This document shows positions 1-11,277 of a DNA stretch of 64,000 nucleotides, one piece after another. The DNA is taken from the NCBI RefSeq assembly GCF_001194135.2, contig NC_069003.1, forward strand, positions 31,890,968 through 31,954,967, in the 5' to 3' direction. The notes under the pieces were generated by a model that was not told where the DNA came from, did no database searches, and worked only from the letters and a program-made list of their open reading frames with translations. Position 1 is the first letter of the stretch, and each line of letters starts with the position of its first letter. The translations under genes and the position numbers were made by a program. This DNA is from Octopus bimaculoides (lineage: Eukaryota).

Positions 1-35
<35 letters not shown>

Positions 36-289
36 TATATATATATATTTCGATTCTTCAAAAGTCAATAATTCTGCAGTAGCTGGCATATATTATAATT
101 GCTAGCATGCAATAATGTCCTTCAAGCATAAAGAATTCTTAGAAATTGTGCAAGCTTTCAATTTTGTCAATTTCTTCTCAAGGCAAAGTAATTTTAAGTG
201 CCAAGAATTAATAACAATGTGCATTATATATATATAGTGTTAGACTACAAAGATACATTTCCTTTTATAGACAAGAGGTAGGCAGTGCT

Positions 290-512
290 ATGAATAGATT
301 GGTTGACACATCAAAGGAGAAGTCTACTGAAAGGATATCACAAATGCCTAAGAGCTACCAGGGTCATTCAACTAGAACTAATGATGGTCAGATCTGCAAG
401 GATAAGGTGAACTACACTGACAGCAATCTACAACTGAAATATAACAACGAGAAGGAGACATCGAAGGTAGGCCAAGGTGTTTGACAAAAAAAAAAAAAAA
501 AAAAAAAAAAAA
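290..512 (+). mobile_element. Degenerate RTE-like LINE 3' relic with poly(A)
   Basis: Motif remnants in different frames (HKCLRA, RTNDGQI, EGRPR), followed by an A-tract at 486-512. Weak similarity only. Confidence 0.3.
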
Positions 513-632
513 TTCTTACTGTTGAAAATGCGTTTTCTCAGTGTTGGAGAAATAGAAAGACTGACTGGAAAAATAAATTTTGTCAAAAGACATTTCAATT
601 ACAAGTTTTATCTTTCAACTTATTGTTCTTAC

Positions 633-643
633 TAAAGAACGGT
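633..643 (-). CDS. Candidate 11-nt microexon following exon 3541-3724
   Basis: Strong acceptor ttttttttttccattttgaaatgtttacag|ACCGTTCTTTA|gtaaga. Joined at phase 1 it reads P-D-R-S-L with no stop. No homology support is possible at this length. Confidence 0.3.
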
Positions 644-1591
644 CTGTAAACATTTCAAAATGGAAAAAAAAAAAACAATGCAAAATCAAAGACAACAGTG
701 ATCAAGTTATAATTGTTTTGGTAAATTAATAATCGTCTCATTAACATAATAGATGCAGGCATGACTGTGTAGTAAGAAATTTCTGGGTTGAAACCCACCA
801 CATGGAACCTTGGAAAAGTGTCTTCTACTATTACAGCTCCAAGCCAGCCAAAACCTTGTAATTGCATTTGGTAGACAGACAGAAACTGAAAGAAGCCTGT
901 TATATATATATATATAACCATTAAATGGTGATGATGATGATGATGATCATGATGGTGGTGATGGTGGTGGGGGTGACTGTTCCCAGATTATTTATTTCTA
1001 GTTACCTTGTTAATATTCCCTGTTCTAAACACATTAATACTTACTCTCAATATTAGTCTGTCTGTCTGTCTATAGCTTACCTAGCCCTCTGCCTCACCAC
1101 ACAAATATTTCTAATTTATTTCATTTAATTCTCCCTGGAATAAATAACTTTAATACAAACTCACTCTGTCTGAATCTCTAAGTTAGTCGTCTGCCTGACT
1201 GCATATTTAATACTAGCTTACCTATTTCTAAACTACATAATTATTTCCAGTTAACCTTTTAAAACTCCCCTCCATTAACTATAATAACAACCACTTCACT
1301 TATCTGTCTTAACATAAATGATTTCTAGTTAACACATTTAATGCTCTCTGCACTGCATATGTTAACACTAACTTGTATCCAGAAATATTAACTCTTGCAA
1401 ATGATGATGTTATAATAGAAAATACGTTTGCTTATAAAAATTTTTTGTTTGTCATTTACAACCTCATTCATTTTCTTAAGCTATATAACATGATACTAAC
1501 ATATCAATTAATGTCCAAATAAAATCATGTAAACAGCTGAATATTCCTAATGAATTTATCAAATTAATTATGCCTTTCGATGCTATAATTT

Positions 1592-1933
1592 GAAGGCACA
1601 TAGCTCAGTGTGTAGTGTGTCAAGCTCACAATCATGAGATTGTGAGTTCAATTCCCGGACTGGACTGTGTGTTGTGTTCTTCAGCAAGATACTTTATTCC
1701 AAGTTGCTCCAGTTCACTCAGCTGTAGAAATTAGTTTCTATGTCACTAGTACCAAGCTGTATCGACCTTTGCTTTTCCCTTGGATAACATCGGTGGCATT
1801 AAGAAGGGGAGCTGGTATGTATAGGCGACTGTTGGTCTTCCATGAACAACCTTGCCCGGAATTGTGTCTTGGAGGGGAACTTTCTAGGTGCAATCCCATG
1901 GTCATTTGTGACCGAAGGGGGTCTTTACCCTTC
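1592..1933 (+). mobile_element. SINE family C, full length
   Basis: tRNA-like head (TAGCTCAGTG...GAGTTCAATTCC), core ttcagcaagatactttattccaagttgctccagttcactcagctg, tail gggggtctttaccctt. Other copies: 4697-4880, 8025-8268(-), 10310-10510(-), 51720-51835(-), 52765-52990(-), 57960-58190, 58290-58490. Confidence 0.8.
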
Positions 1934-3302
1934 ACTAAATGTTATAGAATATGTTTTTACCTTTTGTATTTTACTTGTTACAGTTGTTTAATGGCTATAG
2001 AGTATTTAAGTTTTTAAAATAAAATTTATATACATCCTGTACCATTTCATTTTTGCAAAACAAAATATATCTCCATCATTAAAAGATTTCATTTAGATGA
2101 CCAATATAAAGTGTTTTAATATAGCTGTCTATCTTAATGGGCAAAATATATTGAAATTTAATACAAGTTTTTATCTTAATACGTCAATATATTTATACCT
2201 ATTAAATATTTCGGCTAGTCTAGCAAGCCAATGTACAGTGTTTTAATGTTGCAGTTCATCTTGATGGCCAATATATTGAAATTTATAAAACTACTGATCT
2301 TTATAGATCAATAAATATGTTTCATTTAATGTGGATATTGATCACAGTGATTGATATATATATATATATTTCGTTCGAATGAACAAACTCAAATAATTTG
2401 AAGAATCTTGTCTAAATTAAGAAATGGTGACATCTATTTAAATTATATCAGAAAGACTCCAACTGTAGAGATACACAGAGAGAGAAAGACACAAGTCTTG
2501 GAAATGGGAAGCTACTACCTCAACAGTTTTGGCAACTCATAGTCAGTTCACACCACAAGAGAGCAGGTCCATGAGACCTTTCAGTGTCATGTTGGCTTTT
2601 AACAAAGACCTTCAACAGACAATGATGGAGAAAGGAAAGCTGGGATATTCATCATCATCATTTAACGTCCGCTTTCCATGCTAGCATGAGTTAGACGATT
2701 TGACTGAGGACTGGTGAACCAGATGGCTGCACCAGGCTCCAATCTGATCTGGCAGAGTTTCTACAGCTGGATGCCCTTCCTAACGCCAACCACTCTGAGA
2801 GTGTAGTGGGTGCTTTTACGTGCCACCGGCTGAAGAAGAAGAAGAAGAAGAAGATAATGTGGTTGTAAATATTCTCTAAAAAGACAAGATGGTCACATCT
2901 AGATTGCCTTAGATCATAGCTCTACCCAATAACAATTGGCCTGTAGTTAAATATCAATGCCAAAACTACATACAGTCAGTCTGTAATGAAATGATTGAAG
3001 TAACTAATAAGATCTGAAATTTGAGTACTCTAACCTAAATTTATTTTTAGATATTTTCCATGAAATAATTTCAATAAAATATCCATTATATTCTTTGAAT
3101 AAGAATTGTCTTGGGAAAACTAATAAATTTTTGGTTAAGTTTTAAGAAATATTCAAGTAAGAGATTACTAAAAATTTTAAATTTCATCTGTTTCATAAAA
3201 AAAAAAGAACACATCTATAGGGAACATATGTGTTCCCGTGGTTCTATTGAGTTAAACATAGCCACCTGGGTCACTGGCAGACAAAAGTTATTTGAAATAT
3301 CT

Positions 3303-3363
<61 letters not shown>

Positions 3364-3540
3364 GGGAGAGAGAGAGAGATACATGCATGTATACTATATA
3401 TATATCAGAAAATAACAATTCTATTTTTTGGTAGACACTTAACATCATGACTGGAATAACAATGAAATTTAATTTTGCAGTGAAAGGGTTAATGAAGTTC
3501 TAATCATAATAGTCAGATGATTGATTATCTGTAATCTTAC

Positions 3541-3724
3541 CTGGATTTCTTTGTTGCTTGTGACTGTTCAATATATTAACGATCTCTGAGCGTAAAGCTG
3601 CCAAAGACCAAACCTTGGTTTTCTGACATGATGCTTGTGTTGAGCTTGACTGTGCTTGATTCTCTTGGGCTGAACCTGAAGACTCCCCTTCACCTGACAA
3701 GGCATACATCAGTTTCTTACTTAA
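3541..3724 (-). CDS. TBC1D2B: Internal coding exon (184 nt) of the same TBC1D2/2B-like gene; post-PH linker
   Basis: Acceptor tttttttttctttgtgacag|TTA and donor CCAG|gtaaga. Phase-0 start matches the phase-0 end of exon 22483-22609. Translates LSKKLMYALSGEGESSGSAQENQAQSSSTQASCQKTKVWSLAALRSEIVNILNSHKQQRNP(G). KVWSLAALRSEIVNILNS resembles the recalled human TBC1D2B NFYSLKQWGNELKNSMSS at the equivalent position. Overlaps ORF 3500..3709. Confidence 0.75.
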
Positions 3725-5321
3725 CTGTCACAAAGAAAAAAAAAACAATATCACATAAACATATCGTAATAGGATGACATCAGAATACATTAATTAAGCA
3801 ATGGATTATACAGTGTTTCATTGATTTTAATTAAGCAAGGTTGTTTCACATTAGTGGCTGTGTGGTAAGAATTTTGCTTCCCAACCACATTGTACCGGGT
3901 TCAGTCCCACTGTGTGACACCTTGAACAAGTGTGTTTTACCATAGCCCCGAGCTGACCAAAGCCTTGTGGGCGGATCTGGTAGATGGAAAGTGAAAGAAG
4001 CCTATCATATACATGTATGTGTGTATGTGGGTGTATGTGTGTGTACTTATGTATGTATATAAATGTGTGTGTGTGTGTGTGTGTGTGTGGGTGTGTGTGT
4101 ACACATGCCTGTGTCCCCTTAGCCTTGATCTCACCAGTTACCCCAGCATTCCAAAGTCACCAGGTGATGTCAGCATCTCAAACCAGGTATGAAAATAAGG
4201 CAAAAATGAAACCATGACTACCATTCTCTCCTGTTTGATTTTTATAATCCCCCTTTCCACATCACTGAGGTATTTCATATTATCTGGTCAATCTTGGAAT
4301 TAAATCATCTTGGAGATTAATTATATTATACAGAAATGCTTCATTAAGATATGAAACTAAGCAGAGATAGTTATTATAAGTTAAAAAAAAACAACATAGT
4401 TACATGACTAAAAACTGTAAAATATAAAAAGATAGACGTGTAGCAAAAAAAATTAATTATTTGATTATAGTGTTCCAGTCAATAGAATGCTTAGGTGTTC
4501 TTAATTAATATTTTAATGATGTTCCCAGTATAATTAATTGTTGGACTATTAAATCACCCGTGTTGAGCATGTTCTGCTTCTTTGTTATTCTGTAATGTAG
4601 AATATATTTAGATTTTTAACCAATACTGAGTGTTATGATGACTGTAAGTACTAACTTTCCCCCTCTCTTTCCCTCTCTCTTTCTACATACATACAGTGAA
4701 GGTGCATGGATTAGTGGTTAAGGTATTCCGCTCACGGTCGTAAAGTTGTGAGTTCAATTCCTGGTGATGCATGTCCTTGAGCAAGACACTTTATTTCATG
4801 TTTCTCCAGTACACTCAGCTGGCAAAAATTAGTAGTACCTGTATTTCAATGGGCCGGTCTTATCACACACTGAATCTCCCTAAAAGCCATGAAATGCTGC
4901 TAAGCATTTTGCCTGGCTTAGTAACAATTCTGCCAGCTCGTCACCTTAATATTGCTATATATTAATAGTAAAAATCTATAGAAACTGTTTGTTTCCTTCA
5001 TTCCATAAAACATATTGGCTGATATCATTAAATAAACAAATCCTTTAGTCTGAACAGCAACCATGTTGCAACCAAACCACCTCCAATTCAGATAAAGTAT
5101 GGACAGCTGAGAATTGAAGACTAATTAGTTTTAGTACAACTATGATAATTAGTGGAAGTTGTGTGTAAAGTCCACATTATATTTTATTTCTATTTTGATG
5201 CATGATTTTATAGATCTTCACAACATTGTTTCATTTTGATAAAGATTTGGATTGTGTCTTTGATTTCATTTCATAATTAACATCATTAAAGTATAACACT
5301 TGAATACATCATAACAAGTAG

Positions 5322-5710
5322 AACAAGAGCACTCAGAGAGCACAAACCTCCGCCAAGGTGACACCAACATCCTCTCAATGATTAGCCAGAGATGATTTTT
5401 AAAATGAGAATATCTGAAATAAACTCGACTGCTCTCACAAATGAGAATGCTAAAAACGAACCCCACCGCTCTCAAAAATTAAGTAAAAAAAAAAATGGAA
5501 AAATAATCCAGAATCCTTGTCCAGTACTGGATCGATCTCAAAGTCAAATCAGTTCATGCCAGTCATGAAACTAAACATCCCTGAAAGCTTCATCCCTGAA
5601 AGTTTCATCTGAATCCATCCAGCGGTTCTTGAGATATCTTGTCCATGGACAAACAAACAAACAAACATCACTGTAAACAATACCTCCCCCTCAGCGAAGG
5701 CAGAGGTAAT
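5322..5710 (+). mobile_element. Non-autonomous Helentron/HINE (DINE-1-like) element
   Basis: 5' acaagagcactcagagag..aacctccgccaagg, internal (ACAA)n, 3' acctccccc..agcgaaggcagaggtaat hairpin end. A related 3' half is at 32590-32760, with (ACGG)n and ctccttccttggtggagg. Confidence 0.55.
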
Positions 5711-5913
5711 AATATTGGTTTCAAATTCTGGCACAGAACCAGTAATTTTAGGGGGAGGTAAGTCAATTACATTGACCCCAGTGTTCAACTGCTACTTATT
5801 TTATCACTCCTAAAAGACTGGAAGGCAAAGTCTACCTTAATAGAATTGGAATTCAAAGCACAAAGATAGACAAAATTTTCTCAACCTACTAATGCTTCTG
5901 CCAGCTCACTGCC

Positions 5914-5914
<1 letters not shown>

Positions 5915-5980
<66 letters not shown>

Positions 5981-6002
5981 TAATAATAACAATAATAATA
6001 AC

Positions 6003-6043
<41 letters not shown>

Positions 6044-6071
6044 TAATAATAACAACAATAATAATAACAAC

Positions 6072-6116
<45 letters not shown>
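5915..6116. repeat. (AAT)n/(AAC) microsatellite grown from a SINE D 3' tail
   Basis: About 200 bp of AAT with scattered AAC, directly abutting the 3' end of the minus-strand D copy at 6120. Source of the poly-N and poly-I ORFs. Confidence 0.9.
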
Positions 6117-7254
6117 CCTTTCTACTATAGGCACAAGGCCTAAAATTTTGAGGGAGGGGACTAGTCGATTACATCAACCTCAGTGTTCAACTGGTACTTA
6201 TTTTATCGACCCCAAAAGGATGAAAGGCAAAGTCAACCTTGGCACAATTTGAACTCAGAACATGAAAATGGATGAAATGCTGCTAAGCATTTCACTTGGC
6301 ATGCTAACAATTCTGCCAGCTCACCACCTTAATAATAATAATGGTCTCAAATTTTGGCACAAGACCAGCAATTTTGAGGGATGGATAAATTGATTACATC
6401 GATCCTAGTCTTCAACTGGTACTTATTTCATCAACCCAAAAGGTTGAAAGGCAAAGTCGACCTGGGCAGAATTTGACCTCTGAAAATAAAGATGGGTGAA
6501 ATGCCACTAAGCATTTTGCCCAGCATGCTTTCAATTCTGCCAGTTTGCCGCCTTATCAAGTAGAATAACATAAATTCTTTAAGGCTTTTACTGGTTCCAG
6601 TCTTTGGTGGTGAACTGGTAGGATCATTGAAACAATAGCCAAAATACATTACAGTATTTAGTTCCAGGCTTTTAAATTGTAGTAGGCTCCAAAATAAGTA
6701 CTAAGGTCAACTTGCTCCAGCATGGCCACAGTCCAATGACTGACACAAGTAAAAGATAACAGATAAAAGAATAATATATGACATTAATGAAATGAAATAT
6801 TCAGTGTAAACTATGTAGAAAACTGAATTATAGGTTAATTGGTAAAAAAAAAAAATGATTATTGAAATTCTATTAAAATAATGACAATGGAAATATGTTA
6901 ATAAATAAAATACTGGAAATTGATAAGAAAATTGATGAAAACAATTAGAAATAATCAAAAGGTGGGAAGAGCTATCTTGCACTTTTAGAAGTATTTAATT
7001 TGAATTTTCTTGGATATTATTTTTGAATAAGAGAGAGAGAAAGAAGAGGGGAATGCAGGTTAGTGAAGGAAAAAGAGAGAGAGATAGAAATCAGAGAGAG
7101 ATAGAAATCAGAGAGAGATAGAAATCAGAGAGAGATAGAAATCAGAGAGAGATAGAGATAGAGAGATAGATAAGAACAACAGACAGATAGATAAATAGAT
7201 AGACAAATAGATAGATAGGTAGGTAGGATGGATAGATAGATAGATAAGCAGGAT

Positions 7255-7656
7255 AGATAGATACATTTCTTTTATTAGCCACACATGGCTCAACAAAGAT
7301 GGGACGAATACAATGTAGAGCTTTTCTTTTTAGGAGGGGGAAGGGAAAAAAAGAAAAGCTCTACATTGTATTCGTCCNNNNNNNNNNAGGGGTGGGTGTC
7401 GATCAAAAGGGATCGTAGGAAGGAAAAAAGGGGGAGTTCAATCAAAAGGGACCGAGAGAAAAAAAAAAAAAAGTGATCAATAGGGATCGTGTATCACAGT
7501 AATGTTCTCGTGTAAAAAGAGGGGAGGACAGTTTAGGTTTAGCCGTGGAAAGAAAAGCCTACGGAAAAGACCACGGTAGCCTTGGTCAATATTGTTCTTG
7601 CAGGAACTATAACAGTAAGTGACTCTCTTTTGCCTTTTTGTTTTTTGTCTGGATTA
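7255..7656 (-). mobile_element. 5'-truncated non-LTR retroelement (Tx1/L1-like 3' end) inserted in a (GATA)n tract
   Basis: Minus strand ends AATAAAAGAAATG(TATC)n. Flanked by the 24-bp direct repeat gatagatagatagataagcaggat (7231-7254 and 7657-7680). The clade call is an inference. Confidence 0.45.
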
Positions 7657-7685
7657 GATAGATAGATAGATAAGCAGGATGGATG

Positions 7686-7720
<35 letters not shown>

Positions 7721-8369
7721 GGATGGATGGATAGATAGTAATTTCAAAGAAGTGTTTACTGTGTTTCAATCAGCTTGATGTCTTGTGGCACAGGCCCATC
7801 AACAGACTGTGGTAGATTGATAGATCAATTGATTGTAAGAGACGAAATACTGCTAAGCATTACGTTAATACACCGGCCGAAATGCTTAGCGGTATTTCGT
7901 CTGTCTTTATGGTCTGAGTTCAAATTCCGTCAAGGTCAACTTTGCCTTTCATCCTTTCGGGGTCGATAAATTAAGTACCAGTTACATACTGGAGTCAATC
8001 TAATCAGCTGGCCCCTCCCCCAACAGTCGCCCATGCATACCGGCCTCCCTTCTCCATACCACCAGTGTTATCCAAGGGAAAGGCAAAGGGGCCGATACAT
8101 CTTGGCACCTGTGACGTCACAACTCATTTCTACAGCTGAGTGAACTGGAGCAATGTGAAATAAAGTGTCTTGCTCAAGAACACAAAATGCAGCCCAGTCC
8201 GAGATTTCAACTCACAACCCCACAATTGTAAGCTCGATGCTCTAACCACTGAGCCATGTGCCTTCACACAATGTATCTAGCATTACATTATTTAACCAAT
8301 ACATCATTTTTAAAAGAGTAGAGAGATTTGGTAGTTATTTTTAGCAAATCAAATGATCACCATGAGGAG

Positions 8370-8518
8370 CAGGCATGAGCAACCTTTTTCCTGAAATGGG
8401 CCACATGAGACCTGGCTTATCATCAGGTGGGCTGCATTACAAAAAAATTCAAGGTAACTTTTTAGCTAGGCATACAATTCAGAAGATCCCATCAGCCACA
8501 GTTTGTCTATAACTGGTG
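8370..8518. mobile_element. hAT-type MITE remnant
   Basis: caggcatgagcaacct ... gccacagtttgtctataactg resemble CAGGSRTGGGCAA-type TIRs. Confidence 0.4.
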
Positions 8519-9271
8519 CCAAAGTTCCCTCAATGGCTCATTAGAATAACAAATCTCAGGATGTAATCAATATAGCACTCACAATGCAATGAAAGGAGAA
8601 AGAGAGAGAGACAGAGAAAGACAGAGAAACTGAGGGAGAGAGAAACATTTAACCCTTCTCATAAAAATACTAGGGAATAGGCATCGCTGTGTGGTAAGAA
8701 GCTTGCTTCCCAGGCACATGATTCAGGGTTCAGTCCCACTGCATGGCACCTTGAGGAAGTGTCATCTACTATAGCCTCAGGCTAACCAAAGCCTTGTGAG
8801 TGGATTTGGTAGACAGAACTGAAACAAGTCCACCATGTATATATATACATATATATATATATATGTGGGTGTGGGTGGGTGTGTGTATAAACAGTGCTTG
8901 ATTAATTCTGAAACTGACCAATGACCACACAGCACAGTAGGCAGGTGTCCTCTCAGTGGGTTTCCATGGTAACATCCAACAACAATAACAACAAGAATAA
9001 TACTAATGATAAATACAAGAAACATGGCACACAGAAATTACCGAACAAGGTTATACCATTTGTTCACAACACACACACACACACACACACACACATGCAC
9101 ACAAGACACACATACCAAGATATATACTCATGTATGCTTCCAAACACATGCACACATCTTCACTCTGGTATGCACGCAATTAGAGACACATGCATACACA
9201 CACATACACACAAACATGCACACATATACACAAACACAAATACATGCACACAACTCACACACGTACACATA

Positions 9272-9448
9272 CCCACACACTTAACATTCACAGGGCACAC
9301 ATACACACATATTCTTTCTCACACATGTACACACGTGCATGGGGCAGACCAAGGGGAAGGCAGAAAGAGAGAGACAGACAGAGAGAGAGAGAGACAGACA
9401 CAGAGAGAGAGAGACAGACAGAGAGAGAGACAGAGAGAAAAGAGAGAG

Positions 9449-9479
<31 letters not shown>

Positions 9480-9790
9480 GAGAAAGGTATTTTTCAACAT
9501 GAGCAAACATGCAAGCAAGCAAACACACACACACACAAACACACACACATGCATACAAACACACACACACACATACATACCCAAACACTTAACATTCACA
9601 GGGCACACATACATACATACATACATACTCTTCCCCACACATACACACACATACATGAGGCAGCCCAAGAGAAAGGCACAGAGAGAGAAAGCAAAAGAGA
9701 GAGATACAGAGAGAGAGAGAGAGACAGAGACAGAGAAAGAGTGAAAAGTATGTTTCAACATGAGCAAACATGCAAGAAAACACTCGCCCA
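9272..9790. repeat. Tandem duplication of a ~270-300-bp compound (CA)n/(GA)n unit
   Basis: acacttaacattcacagggcacacatac at 9276 and 9584; tttcaacatgagcaaacatgcaag at 9492 and 9753. Confidence 0.75.
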
Positions 9791-10804
9791 CACCTTTATG
9801 TATGCTCACACACACACACACACACACATACACANNNNNNNNNNNNNNNNNNNNNNNNNNNNNNNNNNNNNNNNNNNNNNNNNNNNNCACACACAAGTAC
9901 ACACACACACACACACACACACAAGTACACACACACACACACACACAAGTAGACACACACTCACTAGCACACCTGTGCCAAACATACACCCAGCCATGTG
10001 AGTTTGCATTCATCCACTCTGCAACTCAGTCTGTCGTTAACCATACAGAAAATTGTCAAGACAACAGAATAATAAAAATTGTAGCCAAAAGAAATGGGGG
10101 GAACAGGATTATCAATGTTATAAATAAACTGCTGTCATGGCAAAAATGAGATGTTGGTGGTCACAGCAACCACAACAACTATTATTGTAATTACGCTTGA
10201 GCTGAGATTGCCTTTACCTATCATCTTTTAAATAAAAAAAAGGTTGAGGGGATAAAGAACCTTCCCAAATCATAGAAACTCATAGGACTGGTTTCCTGGT
10301 TTCTTGGTTTCCATGGCAAATATATTCCCCTCCTGGATGGGACCTCGGTCTGTTGCAGGATTACTCATTTTTACCAGCCGAGACCGAATTGGCACAGCAT
10401 AAAATTAAGTGTTTTTGCTCAAAAACACAATGCGTCACCCAGTCCAGGTATCGAAACTTTAATCTCACAATCATGAGTCTGACACCCTAACCACTAAGCT
10501 ACATGCCTCCACTTTATCCTTCTGCGGTTGATGACTGCTTCTTCATGTCAGATGACAGCCATCTCATAAGAGACTTCTGCATATCATTATACTATAGTAA
10601 CATATGCATTTTTTTTTCTTCTCACATATATCTTACTGTCTAAGAATACTTAACTTTCCAATAACAAGCAAAAGTAAGATGACCAGAAACTATTTCATAT
10701 GCATATTTTATATCTTCTAGATTATGGAGGTGTATTTGCCAGGCAAATGTTTTGATAAGACCATGTGTTGAAACTAAATCAATCACAGCTGGGAAGACGC
10801 AAGT

Positions 10805-10920
10805 TAGCCATTCAATAGCACACGAAGATTGTTAACTTCATTTAAACATAGTTTGTAATATGGTGTCAAAATTTTCATTACTTGAAACCACAAGCTGGTC
10901 GCTGACAACGTTACGCAGCA
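10805..10920. repeat. Dispersed repeat shared with 16085-16200 (probable DNA-transposon relic)
   Basis: Both read ttagccattcaa..cacac.aa..ttg.taacttca.ttaaacat....tggtgtcaaaatttt. Confidence 0.5.
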
Positions 10921-11092
10921 TTTCTGAATGGCTAATGGGTGTCTTCCATACTGCAATCATCTTCGAGATTGTTCCAATAAAAAAGATTAAGAAGTCACTG
11001 GAGTGTGATTTTGAGATTTTCCCTTCTTTCATTTGTTTTCCCTTCCTTTCATTTGTCCACTCGTTCATGTATATATATATATATATTAAAAG

Positions 11093-11277
11093 CACCCACT
11101 ACACTCTCAGAGTGGTTGGTGTTAGGAAGGGCATCCAGCTGTAGAAACTCTGCCAAATCAGATTGGAGCCTGGTGTAGCCATCTGGTTTCACCAGTCCTC
11201 AGTCAAATCGTCCAACCCATGCTAGCATGGAAAGTGGACGTTAAACGATGATGATGATGATAATGATGATGATGATA
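11093..11277 (+). mobile_element. Family E retroposon 3' portion with (GAT)n tail
   Basis: gtggttggtgttaggaagggcatccagctgtag...catgctagcatggaaagtggacgttaaac(gat)n. Other copies: 2650-2832(-), 11830-12130(-), 14230-14560, 16605-16895(-), 38770-38927, 51845-52410, 55310-55490, 56140-56190(-). Confidence 0.8.

Noticed and set aside
5889-6143. Poly-N and poly-I ORFs
   Set aside because: Translations of an (AAT)n microsatellite.
7300-7377. Perfect 28-bp inverted repeat
   Set aside because: It ends exactly at a gap and interrupts a retroelement; most likely a contig-end artefact.
8921-10149. Long THTH/ERER/CVCV ORFs (up to 241 aa); the same applies at 27.8-28.5, 37.8-38.2, 39.2-39.6, 43-45.6, 51.2-51.6 and 56.1-57 kb
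   Set aside because: Stop-free readings of (CA)n, (GA)n and (TA)n repeats with no protein signal.
10838-11095. 85-aa minus ORF
   Set aside because: It overlaps a dispersed repeat shared with 16085-16200 and has no splice signals.
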